Below are positions 38,601 to 52,558 of a stretch of 64,000 nucleotides of DNA, one piece after another. Origin of the DNA: Thalia democratica. Lineage: Eukaryota. The DNA lies in NCBI GenBank assembly GCA_965202585.1, contig OZ241826.1, positions 22,072,001 through 22,136,000 on the forward strand. The letters run 5' to 3'. Position numbers and translations under genes: made by a program. Below the pieces are notes generated by a model, which made no database searches, was not told the DNA's origin, and saw nothing but the letters and a program-made list of their open reading frames with translations. The stretch's first letter is position 1, and the number at the start of each line of letters is the position of its first letter.

Positions 38601-39724
38601 TAACTCAGGCTTGTTAAAACTTGGTTCATAATTTCAGGATTATTAGTTTTTTAGAAACAAATTTAAGCTTGTTTTGATGTAAAACTTAAATGTGGGCAAG
38701 TATTTAAAGTTTTTATAACTCGATTATATTTGAAATTGTTTTTTTTTTACTTTGTTTTCTTTTGGTACATTATACTCATAAGCTTAATAGATTTTTCAGT
38801 TTTTAAATATTATCATTATATTTTTCATATTTTTAAATTACCTTGCTGTATATTTAACTACTTTTTAGTTGTATACCCTTTTTTCTACTATCCCAAAGAA
38901 TGGTTATCCTTTTTGTGTATTTATTTTACTAACCAAAACTTAGTTGATGATAAAAAATTAGTAAGTAGTGAAAAATAAACATGGTTGCCAAAAAAACCTG
39001 GAATCCTTGAATTTAATAGTTTAAACAATAAAAAAAAATGGAAGAACCATTAATTTGAAGTTTTTTTTTTAAAAACACTGGAAAAACCTAGAATTTGGAA
39101 CAAAAATCTTTAAAGAAATTAAAAGTACCAGAAATTTTCAATATCTGTACATATCAAGTGACAACTTTAAAAAACAAATGATTAAAAACAAATTTTTTTT
39201 CAAAAAAACAAAAAAGTTTTTTTTTTAAACATATTTAGAATAGCTTAACTATTCCCTTTCAATGTTCTTATACTATTAAAAACAATTTTTTAACTGAAGT
39301 TTAATTTTATACTAAAAGTTGACCAAAGCACTTGTTTTTTAAATTACTGGAAAAATTAAGATAACTTGGAATAAATTGGAAACAAAAAAAAAAACCTTTG
39401 AAAACTTTGTTTAAAGTACTTGTTTGTGGTTTTATTTTATTAAAAATAGAAATATAGTTCACAAAAAAGCTTTTGAAGAAATAAAATTAAATAAACTTTA
39501 ACACTTGAAAAGTCTATTCACACATTAATAAAAAAGTTTTAAAAATTTATTAGAGGTATTAATATTATTTTTTTTTAGGCGAAATGGCCGGTTTGTGCAA
39601 GATCGATGCTGAAGGAAACCCAAGGAAGGTTGTAGGATGCAGCTGTGTCGTCATCAGTGATTGGGGCAAGGAAGGAACCCAGGCCCATGAAATCGTCATG
39701 AACTACATCAAATCTAAGAACTAA
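35612..39724 (+). CDS. RPS12: 40S ribosomal protein S12 (eS12), 142 aa; exons 35612-35698, 36635-36830, 39579-39724
   Basis: [23 protein letters not shown]...[18 protein letters not shown]...[27 protein letters not shown] are eS12 hallmarks; phases 0 and 1 consistent. Confidence 0.95.
36172..36522. mobile_element. MITE, CAGGGTTGCCA-TIR family, in RPS12 intron 1
   Basis: Perfect 13-bp TIRs cagggttgccact 36172-36184 and agtggcaaccctg 36510-36522; internal aacctgga repeats. Confidence 0.8.
36800..37820 (+). repeat. Decaying tandem array (~100-130 bp units, about 8 copies) of the RPS12 exon-2 end plus donor
   Basis: aag(a)agttgg|gtgagt-like cores with GT at 36831 (true donor), 36930, 37031 and 37134; weaker gttga(c/t)aa copies near 37247, 37500, 37690 and 37800. 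Confidence 0.85.
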
Positions 39725-39748
39725 ATGGCTTAGCTAATTAAATTAGAC

Positions 39749-39754
39749 AATAAA
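39749..39754 (+). promoter_or_regulatory. Putative RPS12 polyadenylation signal
   Basis: AATAAA 25 nt after the stop; common by chance in AT-rich DNA. Confidence 0.5.
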
Positions 39755-40737
39755 CCATTAGCCAATTAATTATGTTTTTTTTTATATACTCTTAAAATAA
39801 ACTAATTTATCAATTTTTATAATAGCATGAACTTTTTGTGAAGTATGTTAATACATATTTTAAGAAGGTATGTATACTAACATATCTATATTTAACTAAA
39901 ATTACATTATTAATAAAAAATTTAAACTGTTTCTAACTGGTGGTGTCTCCTCTGTTTTGTGTAGCAAAACATAAAATCACTAAGAGATTGTCTGTTTACT
40001 ATAAGAAGAGTTTTAAAGAAACAAAAAAGTTTTAACAGAATGATAAGCTAGTCTATATATCCCTTCTACTATCTACTATTTTCATTTTTTTTTTTAATTT
40101 ATTGAAATATGGTTAAACAATTTAAAGTAAATCTCTGAGTATATTTTTAACTTATTTAGAAATGCATTAGTTATAATGTATTTGTTGAAAGTCCATTATA
40201 GGGTCTGAAACATGGTTTCCAAACAAGGTCGTAAAGGCGTATAAAGAAGGTATTTGATGAATTTAAGGGTAGTTTTACTTCAAAATCAGGGTTTTCCAAA
40301 CTAGGTCATATTGTCCCTTTAAGTACCTTGAGTAGTCAAGAGGCCATAAGGCAATAATTTGAAAATTACACTAGATGCTCTGGAGCTAATGAAGCAGAAA
40401 AAAAACAAGGTTTTAAAAGGGCTAACTAATTTATAGTTTTTCTGAGAAATTCTTTCGGAAGGTAACCCATATTTTTTCTTATTTATAATAAAAGGACCTT
40501 ATGAAGCGAAAATATATGAGAGTGGCACACTTTCGGAAACTTTGTATTAGAAAAATTTGAAACTTTCATTAGAATAGGGTTTCCGAAAGTGGACCATTCT
40601 AAAGAATTAACAGACCATATCAGTTGTAAATTTAGAGAGGGGCACACTAGGCTATAAATGGAAAATATATAGGGTTGCCAAAAACCCCTTCGAACAAAAA
40701 TTATTAAGAAATCTGGTAATTACCTTAGATTATGTGG

Positions 40738-41040
40738 CACCAATATCAAGCTGAAATTAATATGCGATGTTTTTTATTTTACAATATTATCAATAAATTA
40801 TATTAGATTACCACATTGTTAAATAAAATTGATTAAATTTAGTAGTTTATAATATATTATGTAAGTAAATACAATGTTGCACCAATATCAAGCTGAAATT
40901 ATATTGTGTTTGATGATGACTTTATTAACCAAAAATCTAAAAGGTAATTACACACCAATACTAGGCCTAAATCATTGATTTTTAGCCCAGAGTTATGGAT
41001 AAGAAAGACAAAATACAATCTAATTTCAGCTTGGTATTGG
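40738..41040. repeat. 22-bp motif present twice direct and once inverted
   Basis: caccaatatcaagctgaaatta at 40738-40759 and 40880-40901; taatttcagcttggtattgg at 41021-41040. Confidence 0.7.
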
Positions 41041-41589
41041 ACATCATCCTAGGTAATTAACTAAATGCCTTGAATTTTAGTTAACCTTAACATTAATTAG
41101 TAAAATTTATTAAATAGATATAACTTTTTGTCATCATTATAATTTTTTTTTATTAACTCAAATTTAACTAAAACTAGTCCGTAAGACATCTTCAAAAACA
41201 ATTTAAAAGTTGTGAAGAAATTTTTAAAAACTGGATAAATTTTCTCAAAAACATTTAACAACCCTGAATATACTATATATTCGTGTATTCATGAATAATA
41301 TCAGAATAAAGGTCATAGTTCTAAAAAATAATATCAGATATCAAAGGAAAATAGATGCATGCGCACAGTAGAGATTTGTGCCAGTACTTTTTTATTATTA
41401 AAAGGGAATTTATGTAAAAGTGGTCTAATTAAGTAGTAACTGTGTAGTAATTTAATTATTTGGAAAATTTTTTTTCGTAAGCTGAAATAATTTCCTAAAT
41501 ACTTATGACTTAATTATTGACCATACGTCACAATTCCAAACTATATTAGAATTCGCTGTTATTAGACTTAAGGTTTTATATCAGATACA

Positions 41590-44580
41590 ACACCAGTGGG
41601 AACCGGTCTAAATTTGCACCGTATTTTTATAAGGGCACAAAATTGCAATAGGTAACAAAATTGCGCGAAACCAATTTTGCACCATGGGTCAATTTTCGAC
41701 GAGAGTAAGAATACAGAGAAAAAAAATAATTAAAAAAAGTTACTGGTCTAGAGTAAGGTTAGGGATTATAGTGATAATAAAGCTAATAAAAAATGTTATA
41801 AAAAAAAAAAAACGACCGACTGAAGTTAAGGGGTAACAGTGATAGTAAAAATAATAAATAAAATCATAATAAAAATTACTAAGGATAAACAAATTAACTT
41901 ACCGACCGAGGGTTAGGGGTAACAGTGCTAATAAAAAAAAAAAACTAAATTGAATTTAATAAAAATAAAATTTATAAAATAAAAAAAAAAACTTAACCAG
42001 TGCAAAACTGTTTGCTCGTGCAAAAGTATCTTCGCGCAATTTTGTACACTCTTGCAATTTTGTTCCCTCGTGCAATTCTACGCTCGTGCAAGTTTGACAA
42101 CTACTCACACCAATAATGATAAAATTAACATATAAAAAAAGGAGCACTTAAGTCTGAACAAGTTTGTCCTTGTAACTCTTGAAATTGGGAACAGGTCTAA
42201 TTGCAATTTAAAGGTAATTTCCCTAATAGTTGATGAGTAAGCAAAATAGTTTTTTTTTTCCTTGAATTTATATCGTTATCCCTTATCCACATTACCCATA
42301 AATTCTAGAAAAAAAAAACTAAAAATACAAAAATTATGAAAAAAAAAAATTCTGACTCAGCAATTATATGCACAAAGACATACTTGCACGAAGGGTCAAA
42401 TATACACGAAGCGAAACTTTTGAACGATGAACTTTTGCTTAAAGGGACATTTTTTCTCAAAGTCACTAATGATTCAGGGGTTATTTTGCACGATAGTAAA
42501 CAAACAAAATAAAAAACCACCTATCGAGGGTAGCGGTAAGTGGTAATTGTGGTAGTAAAGTCATGAATTAAAGTTATTGAAAAAAATTATACAAATTTTT
42601 TAACCCGTGCAAAAACTTTATTGTGTAAAAGTGTTCCTTCGTGCATGTTAGACTCCTAACCGTTAAAATAGAAGAACAACAATTATAATTTATGTCCAAA
42701 AACTCTTTATTGCCAACTTAATTTAATTGAGCAACGTATTGTATCGAAAAAAATATTTTAAATCAGTCTAAAATTTCTGGCTGCTTCAAAGTACTCGACA
42801 AAATTGTTGTACCGAATAATATAACTGTAGTATTTTCAGGACACGCTTGAGTGCATTTGAGGTTTAATGATGAACTTTTTGAGTAAATTTCTGGTTGATT
42901 ATATGAGTTTTAAAAGCTCATATAAAAGTTGATTAATTGTAATTAAAAAGCGCAGGGCTGACTGAAAACGTTGCTACTTGAGTTAAGGTAAAGCAACGTA
43001 CTGATAGAAATGAATTGCTTAACTCATTCAAGCATGACATTAAAATATAGAAATTAAAGTGATATAGATAGATTAATATGTTAAACTACTCATTAAACAT
43101 ATCAATGGCGGGAACGTGTAAATTAAGCACGAAAATATATTAACACAAAATGTCAAATTTGTAGGAAGACAATTAGCACGAAGGATCAATTATGCATGAA
43201 GTGAAACTTTTCACAAAGAGTCACTATTGCACGAGGGGTCACATTATTACAAAGACATTTTTACAAAAAAGTAAACAAATTTAAAAAGAGTAAATTATGT
43301 ATTAATACAACAAAAGTAGTTTAGGAGTAACAGTGAGAGTAAAAAGAAAAACGACAAAAAAATTAAATAAGAAATTTGAAAATATAAAAATTAACTATAT
43401 AAAAAACTAACGACCGAGGGTAAGGGTTAAAAATACAATAAAAAGAAAACTACTTAAATGAAAACCGAAGGACAACAGTGATAAAAATATAAATATATGA
43501 ACTAATAAAAGTAGTTGCTCATAAAATAAAGAAACTGAAAAGTTTGAAAAATAAAACACAAAAAAAAATACTGATAGAGGGTTAAAAGTATTATTGTTAG
43601 TAATTGAAAATGGTAAATATAAATGTCATAAAAAAAAATCAACCTGTGCCAAAACCCCTTCGTGCGAGAGTGACTAATTGTACAAAATTGACGTAGTTCA
43701 AAAGTGTCTTCAAGCAGAAATGTCTCTTCGTGCATATTAGACTACTACCCATCGATTACAGAATTTTTGCAACATTATTAGACAAATTTTTAGTCGCTCA
43801 GCGATATTTAAATTTAGTTTTTTTTTTGCTAACCATACTTAGTTAAAACCTTCGATTATCAGGTATTTAAATAAACTATACTTTATGAGGAATGGGTTAA
43901 GTATGCAGAAATACATTTTTGCACGAGGGTAAATCAAAATAAATAAACTAAATAAAAAAAACAAGACTAAGTACCTTAGTAATTATTAAAAAATAAAAAA
44001 AAAAAAAAGTACCCACCGAGATTAACAGCGATAATAAAAATTAAAAAGGAAATAAAATAAGAAAAACTTACAGACTGAGGGTAAGGGTTAGGACTAGGAG
44101 TCACAGTTATATTAAAAATAAAACTTAAAATAAAAAAAAAATCTCAAGCTGTGCATAAGTGTCTTTGTGCAAACTTGACGCCGTGAAAAAATATTTTCGT
44201 GCATAAGTATCTATTCGTGAATTATATAGCACCTCATCATTTTATGAAGACGGGCCAGTTATGCACTAACATTTACTTTTACACAAAGGATGTAACTTTT
44301 GCAAGAAGGGTAATTTTTGCACAAAAGTTAAAAAAATAACAATAAATTACCGACAAGGGTTTAAGGTTAACAGTGATTGTAAGAAATATGTATAACAAAA
44401 TAAATAATTAACAAACCTAGTTATTAATAATAATTAGTCATCGACCAAGGGTTATAACTAGGGGTAACAGTGATAATTGAAAAACTTGGAAAATAAGTGA
44501 TTAAAAAAAAATAAAAATATAAAATAAATAAAAAAATCAAATTTTCAACTCGTAAAAAAGTGTCCCTTCGTGGATTATCA
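41590..44580. mobile_element. Cluster of about five diverged quasi-palindromic (foldback-type) elements
   Basis: Each unit has a left arm of periodic ttgcacga-like motifs, a right arm of tcgtgca-like motifs and a core ccga-ggg(tt/ta)aggg-taacagtg (e.g. 41901-41927, 43412-43428, 44071-44092, 44442-44474). Boundaries approximate. Confidence 0.65.
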
Positions 44581-47500
44581 ATATTTACCTATACTTTAAA
44601 AATTCAAAAGTTTTTAGTAAAATAAAAGTTGTATTGAGATTATAGTTTAATAAGTGCTAGTATTTCAAAAAACATAAAGTTAAGTTCGTTTTCAAACTTC
44701 AATTTTTTTTCTAAAAAATTAAATATGATTATAATCAATGTGATTTTACTAATTATATAATTGGATTTGAGCAACTTTCCTAAATTTTTTAAGTTGATCA
44801 GTTTTTTAAATAGGTATACATAAGAAGGTAGCAAAAAATTTACTGAGATGCCTTAACTTCAATAGCTTTAAAAAATACAGTTCCGTATTATCGTTACAAA
44901 AATCTATTTAGCTATGTAAACTAACAATAAATGAAAGTAAAACTACTTCAAGCAATTCAACAGGATATAATACCAAGTTTTAAGTTGTCTTAGTCTTAAA
45001 ATTATAAAAGTTAAATAAATACAACCTTTTCTAGTTCAGACGATTGCCATTCGCTCCGTTCCGTAAAACTGTTGGAACTAATCTAACAGTATTTTTATCG
45101 CAATTTTATTATTATTTTTAATTTGTTTAAAACGTTTGAGAAGCACAAAATTTTATGGTTAAGCTCACTACCAAGATACTTGTTGTTACAAGTTGTTGCT
45201 TGATTTTCATTACACGCTTTTTATAACTTAGATAAAACAACGACTTGTCAGTATATTAATTAAACAAATCTTAATTTAAGAACGAGTTGATATTTTTTAT
45301 TAATTAGGACTTTCAAAAATCTTTTAGCACAGTTTGCAGTTAAAAGTTTTTATTCGTTTTTATAACTTCGAGACCTTGTTTTTCTCAAAAAAAGCATAAA
45401 GTAAACGACCGTAAAATTATAAAAAGCTGTATAAAAAAGCATTTAAAAGTTGTTTAATGAAAAGATTGTCTCATTCGTTTATATACTAGCTAGCATTTTA
45501 ATAATTTTAAGTAAAGAAGTTGTTAAAGCTTTTAGTGTCTTTCACATAAAAGTAACGTTTATCAATTTTGAAAATTTAAAATATTGTTTAATTTATTAAC
45601 TAGTTAGAGTAAATCATAACTATCTAGTAATGTAGTTTCTATTTCATACTTATTCTTAACTAATCAAAATCGTTAATTGTTCTTGTTACAAATTTTAACG
45701 TTTGAAGATATTTTAATTAATATTAAAATACTTTAAATTTCTATAAGTCCATATTTTTACAAATAACCGTTTCAAATACCTAAATGCTATTACTATGTGA
45801 CGTCATTTTACTCATTTTATCTTTTTTGAAACTACTTATGATTGTTATTTACTCTTGTAAACAAGGGTTTTAAATTAAATATGCTGTAATTAACAGATTA
45901 TTTAATAATATAATTTTCATTAGCAATTTCGTTAGTAGTTTATTAAGAAAACGTAGCAAAATTTAAGATTTGTTATCACTAGCAGTTTAGAATAACTCAT
46001 ACATATATTAAACAAGCTTTTCAAAAGTTAAAAACTGAGTACAGTGCCGAATTATAATGTAAGCATTTAACACTATTTAACTATGCCAACAGTTTGTTTT
46101 AAACTTATATTTTTTCATTTGTGTGTAGTTAGTTTTTCAGAACATATTTAATCTTGTTAAATGTTTTCACAATACAGCTTTTGATAGTAAAATAACAGAA
46201 ATTGTGAACAAAGTTTATACAAAAAGTTTACCACTCATAACTACTGTGTGGACACGTTCACTTATTGTGATTTTTATTACCACCATAATTTCTGTTCGTT
46301 CATTGTTTAGTTCAAGAAAGCTAATTGTAATAAAATATTAAAGAGTTTTTAGATTTCATTGAAAACGTAGTTATATTACTGTTTATAAATATAAACCAGC
46401 TCCAAAGTAAATTAAAAAGTAGTTTTGTTAAAATGTTCATTACTCAATTTTGTGCATTTTTTTATTGATCGCAAATCCCCTGAAAATAAATGTTGAAACA
46501 TTTTTTTAAGAAACTAAACAATTAAAAATAACGCAATTGTTTGGTTAGAAGTTTTTTAGTAACGTTCCTTGATATCACAATAAGGAAAAATATTTTTGTC
46601 AGACGTTTACAATTATTAAAGTGAAAACTTATAAAAAATTAATTTCGTATTGTTTAAAACAAACTTAAAAATCTTATACTTTTTATCCAAGCCATTGGTA
46701 AGCGGCATGCTAACAGTATCTTACCGGAATTGAAAGTAAATAGTTCGTGAATCTTTTTTATTTTGATACTATTTATGATATGACTTACTGCTTTTAAAAA
46801 CTAGTAGTGTCAATTATCGGGTAATTGCCATTCAAACTAACATAGTTCAAATAAAACTGTTAACCTTTAGGTAATCATTAAAGTTTCGTCAACAACTTCA
46901 GAAGTGTATTAAATATTGTGTAGACTAAGATAAGTTTTGTATAACCAGAATGCAAACTAATACTTATTTTTTAAACTAAATTAAACTGATGACTGAACAT
47001 AAACTTCTAGTATTATTATCAAACTTTTTAGTACTAACATATTGATAAAGCTTTGCTTTTAAAGCACAGAAATAACAGAAGTAAAACGAAAAGCTCAATC
47101 ACTATTTTAATTTAGACTATAAAAAAGCAGAATTTTATAGAAGACTATCAATTTCTAAAATTTATAAATAATGATAACTGTTCAAAATATAGTTTTAATT
47201 GTTTGCTAACAAAAGATCCTAGTAAAGTAACTTCACTGGAAAATAAATAAAAACAAATTATACAGTAATCTTCCTTTATTCTACCAACATATGTTTCTGT
47301 GTGTCAACGAATCAACACACTTTAACTGGGTTCTGTAAAAAAATAATTACTGTAATGAGAGGATAGAAGCATAGAATAAAGTATGTGTATACATGTTTTC
47401 ATAAGATATTTTCTACATATGATAGTTATTAATAGGTAAAATACTTAATATTAAATCCGACTAAAACTATATAATATTTATTTTCTTTTCTAACTTCGTA

Positions 47501-48561
47501 CAAAGTATAAAAACTTTATAAACTTTTTAACTATTGGTTTATATTTGTCAAGGTAATCATCAAAAGTTATTAACCTTTAAATATTTATTTATAACTGTAG
47601 AAAGCCTTTTAGAAGTTTTAAAATTTAAGCTTGTTTGATTTATAGAAATAAATAGTTATTATTCTCTTTTATATTGAATACAACTTATGAACCTCTTAAA
47701 AGCTCTTGTACAAACCAAATACAATAGTTTTACTGTAACATATCTTACGAGAATAAGTATGTGTTATGGTTACCTATTAAAAAAAAGTTTTATTAGTTTA
47801 TCACAGTTAACACACGAAGTTTATCAGCTTTTCATGTTAAAGAAAATATTTATGATTTTTCGTTAGTTTAAGTATTATTAAAAAGCTTTAAGTTTTGTTC
47901 AACCTCCTTTAAATTATTCTAATTTACTTTCTTAATAATATATAAAGTAAGATTATTTTATCATGATATATTACAGTGAAAAGTTTAAAATTTTAAAAAA
48001 AGAAACTTTTAAAAACCCGTGTATATTATTTTAAACAAAACTCTTGCTTTAGTTTTTTAGTTTATTTTATTTTGATAGAGATGAGTGAAAGTTATCATAT
48101 TTATATTGGATAAAACAAATATAAAATCATCACTTATATAAAGTAACAAATCCTTATGAAAACATTTATTGTTTTTTTTCAAAGAAATTTACTTTAATAT
48201 TTTATAACAACCAAAAATTTCATTTTTAGAAAAAAAAAAAAAGGTTTTTGTAGTTGCTTACATCTTAAGTATATGTAATAGACTAAAATCCCAAAAGAAA
48301 TCAATTTATTAAAAGCGAAAATAAACAACAAAAGCTGTTGATTATATACTAATATCAAAACAAATGCGTTTCAAAATGATACAAACAAACTTTGAACTGC
48401 ATCAAAACAAAAATAGCTTCTAGCTAAATTTAAACCATTTTTTCAAAATCATTGTACGGAAATTTAATTAGACTATATGCTTTGTGAGAAAAATCAAAAA
48501 TTTGAAACACAGATTATTTTTAATTTTATAAATTCAGAACTTAAAAAACAAATAGAAATAT

Positions 48562-50137
48562 TCAAAATAACAACTTCTTTATCTCACACAGCCCATAGAA
48601 ATCATTTTGTCTGTTCACCAAACTACATCTTTCATCGTTGAGTCCATACTGATTGATATAAGCTAAACAGTCTTCATCACCTATATTGTTTGGTTCGCCA
48701 GCTCGAAAGTAGTACAAAAATGACTGGCTTCTGTTTATATTTACAGTCTCACCGTTCACATATCTGAAAACTCCTTCCGTTTGACGATCCGTAATGCCTA
48801 CCCAAACATTTTTTCCTGATGACCCAATCAGGTTTCTTAGTTCTCTAAATTAATAAAAACGTTAAAAGAAACCTTAGACTATGCAAACTTATATTAAGTT
48901 GTTTTTTTTAAATAAAAAGAAAATACCGTATTTTTCTACTATATACGTAAACTAGTTGTTTTATAGTTTTTACTCAGTACAGACTACACAGTACTAGACT
49001 ATCATAAATTTTCGATCTGTAGTACAAATAAATAACTAGAATTTTTAAATATTTTTTTTCTAAACTCTTGAAGATACAAAACTAAGTAAACTTGATTTCT
49101 TATGTTTCAAACTAAAGAACTCTAAGTTCTAAAAAAAAAGTATTATTATTTTTTCAACTAACGAATGATACTTAATACCATTTTCACCAAAATTTACGTG
49201 TATGAGATCGCCTTTCATATGTTGGCATTGTTTACGACACTCGTCAAAGTTTCCTCTGCTTGGTGTGATCCTGAACGTGTACTCACTTACTATAAAAAAA
49301 CGATATAAATACGTTTAACTATGATTTAAAACATCAACTACAAAAAAAAGTATAAAAACATTTCGTATGTAATAAATATTCGTTAGCTAATAAAAAAATT
49401 CATTTAATTTACTGGCTTTAAAAATTTATAAAATATTTCAACGTATATGGTTTAATAGAAATATTTTATCTCTACGTAATTCCTAAACCAATTGCTGATA
49501 CGAACAAAGTAAAGTATTTAGTATATAAGCTTGTTTTCTAACAAGTTTCGTTTATTATTGTCACAATTTGGTCGACAGTATCTTTTAGTGTTGAAACTTG
49601 CTGACTCAGCAACTTATTTTCACGATCGAGCATTTCAAATTTTTCTATGACGTCACAATTAGCACCTGGTTCTCCTTTTTCACCTGAAAAATATTACTGT
49701 ATAAGTTACTTAAGGTTTAAACTTTAAAAATTGTATTTACTTCCACTTGTTTAAACTGAATTTTAACTATTATGGTTAACTTAAAACTTTATTTTGAAGC
49801 ATTTATGTATTCAAAGAGAGTTTGTTCGTTTATAAAGTTATTTATAACATCATTGTTAGAACTCAAAACAAAAGTAAATTATTAACTTTTTAATTATTCC
49901 GAAAAAAAAAAATTTAAATTTATACTATCGAACTATGAAGCTTTTTATTCAATTGTTTATTCATATATACTAAGTTAAATAAAACTATTATAAACCTTTA
50001 AGACCATTAGTATTTGTTGTATTATTACAAATAAACTTTGTAATTGCTGCAAGTTTTGATTCATTATCATCACAAGTAGTAGATTGACTTAAAACTTTGT
50101 GACAAGAAATCAGAAAAGTAATTAATAAGAGCTTCAT
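48562..50137 (-). CDS. Secreted mini-collectin-like C-type lectin 2 (~230 aa); exons 50137-49996, 49683-49543, 49289-49163, 48844-48562
   Basis: Signal peptide MKLLLITFLISCHKVLSQ; GLK-GEK-GEP-GAN; neck; CRD with EPNNIGDEDC and LND; exon 2/3 sizes 141/127 and phases identical to lectin 1. Confidence 0.9.
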
Positions 50138-52558
50138 TGTAACGAAGTTTAGGAAGTTCTAGAACTTTTTATATACAAAAAAATAACATATTACTATTGT
50201 TGTTGTTTAATTCGGTTTATTTGTAGGTTTAAATAATTTTACAGATTTAGAATAAAGTAAAGTGTTAAATAATATGACAATATTTAAACTTAAAGTTTCG
50301 TTAAAAACTCTCTAGTAGTTTTAAAACATTAATTGTTATACTAAAGTTTTTAATATAACTAATGTACTTTTCTACTAATAAAGTTATAAAATGTTAACAT
50401 AATTTCTGAAAATAACCTTTTTTCTTAAATTGTTTCCTTTCATAAGCTTAGTTCAACAAACAAAATATTATAACATAAAACAGATACTATTTATAGGAAT
50501 TTTGTTTTCCTTCGAAAATTTAAGTTTCCTGTTGCAAGTTAAATTCCATCTAACTGTTTGCTCACACTAACCTTATAACGTATATTAATGTTTTTCTGTA
50601 ACCACGTTAACCGTAAATTAAATATTTGTGTTTTGATTAGTTATAACAAAGACACGAGATTTAATCGTTTCTGTATAAATCAAAAATAAATAAAACCTTT
50701 ATGCTTATGTATAGTGAGTAATCACTAACAGTATTCATTAACTTTTACAAAGGCTTGCATGAGTTGAAAAGTTTAACACACCTTTTTGAATTACAATGGC
50801 GCAGAGCGTGTAAAAAAAACAATTAAATATGTTACATTGACCATAAAAACTTAATGTTTGTAAAAATGGGTGTAAAATTTTAAACAAAAACAAGTTTAAA
50901 ATTAACATGGATATGCATAGAAATTACAATTTTAGTTAAGCAAACGTATTTTATATAATTTTCTTCAACCTTGCTTACTTAAAATATTTATCAAGTTTTT
51001 AACATATACATTTGCGCAAATTAACAACGATTAAAACAAAAGTTTTTTTTATAAAGATGATTTATTTTTACACGCACTTTAATACTTTAAACTGTAAATA
51101 AAACTGTATTAATGCCAATTCATAATAAGCATTGAAATTGTTGTAGTAATTTCAAAAAAGTTACAGACAAAAATTGCAACTAATTGAAACATATCTAAAA
51201 TACTTAATAGCAATTTCAACACTTATTTTTGATTATGTACAACAGTTTAAAGTATAAATGAAAATACTAAAAAACTATTTAATGAAGTCCTTTGTAGTAA
51301 AATGGTTAAATTTTTCCTTAAGCTGCATAGAAAAACTGTTATGTAGTAAAATTAAAACTTTGCAACGAAATAAACATGTGAAGAAAAATAATCTTTTTGT
51401 TATTATATTCTATCGATTAAGATGATATTAAAAATGGATATAAAAAAAAAGCTACGTTTCCTCAGTGAAATTTAAAAACATTAAGTTTCTTAAGCAATGT
51501 TAACGGTCATAAGCAGCTTAGATTTAAAAAAAGTAAAATTCACTTCAAACTGTTTTACATAATCAAAACTAAGTGTTAAAAATATTTTAAGTATATTAGA
51601 TATGTTTTAATTAGTTGTAAGTTTTGACTGTAACTATGTTTGAAATTACTACTAAAATTTCAGATACTTATAATGACTTGGAATTAAAAGCTTGACTTTA
51701 TCTAAACGTGTTTTATTTGTTAAGAGACTTAGTTTGTTAAATCTTAAATAAGCTTTAAGTTTTCTCATAATCAAAGTGTAAAAATTCAATACTTTTAACT
51801 TTTTTTCTATGTAAAAACATTTAGTTTTTAAAACATTTCGCAATTAGCACATATTTACCTTTGAAGTTAGTTACTTTCTGTTAAACAAACAAAATTAGTA
51901 AGTTTACATACTTTCTATCGCTCTTAGTTACATAAATTCCTTTCAAAAAATAAAGATAAAAAGTAAGTTTTAAAGAACTTTATATTTAATGAAAAGTTTA
52001 TTTTAAAGTACTCTATTTTATTTAAATTAAATAAGTAAAAACGTTTATTGAAATGTACTACTGTAGCGCAAGTTTTTTATTCATTTTTCGGTCTACAAAA
52101 TATTATCGGTGATTCTTAAGTTTATATGTTGCTAACAGCAGATTAGATAAAATTTGTAAATTAAACTTTTTACTTATTCTCAATGTTGTGCTATATAGGT
52201 CAAGAATAATTACATTTGTAAAACAAGTTATTATTTGATTGTTCTCAAATACTTAATTTTAAGCTAACTAAACAATGTTTGTTTTAAAATAATAGGTCAA
52301 AAAAAAAAGGTTTATAAAAAAGTAAAAAAAAAATTATAAAACAAAATTATCTTTATATCTCTAAAAATGTTACATTATATAAAAAAAGTATAAAAACACT
52401 ACATAACTTTAAAAAAAAAATTATTAAATACGTCGTTTTGTTACAAGTAAATAAAACACAGACAATGAGACTTTATTTTGTTTGATTTACACCGAACACA
52501 ATATTATTGAGGTCACTATGGTTTGAGTAAAACAGTATTTAAAAAATATCCTTTGTCC

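Noticed and set aside
35699-39578. Intronic snoRNAs, as hosted by RPS12 in vertebrates
   Set aside because: No paired C/D boxes with terminal stem or H/ACA hairpins could be identified by eye; needs snoscan/Infernal.
41590-44580. CRISPR array or interstitial telomere
   Set aside because: Repeats are degenerate with no regular unique spacers or cas genes, and GGGTTAGGG occurs only as isolated cores.
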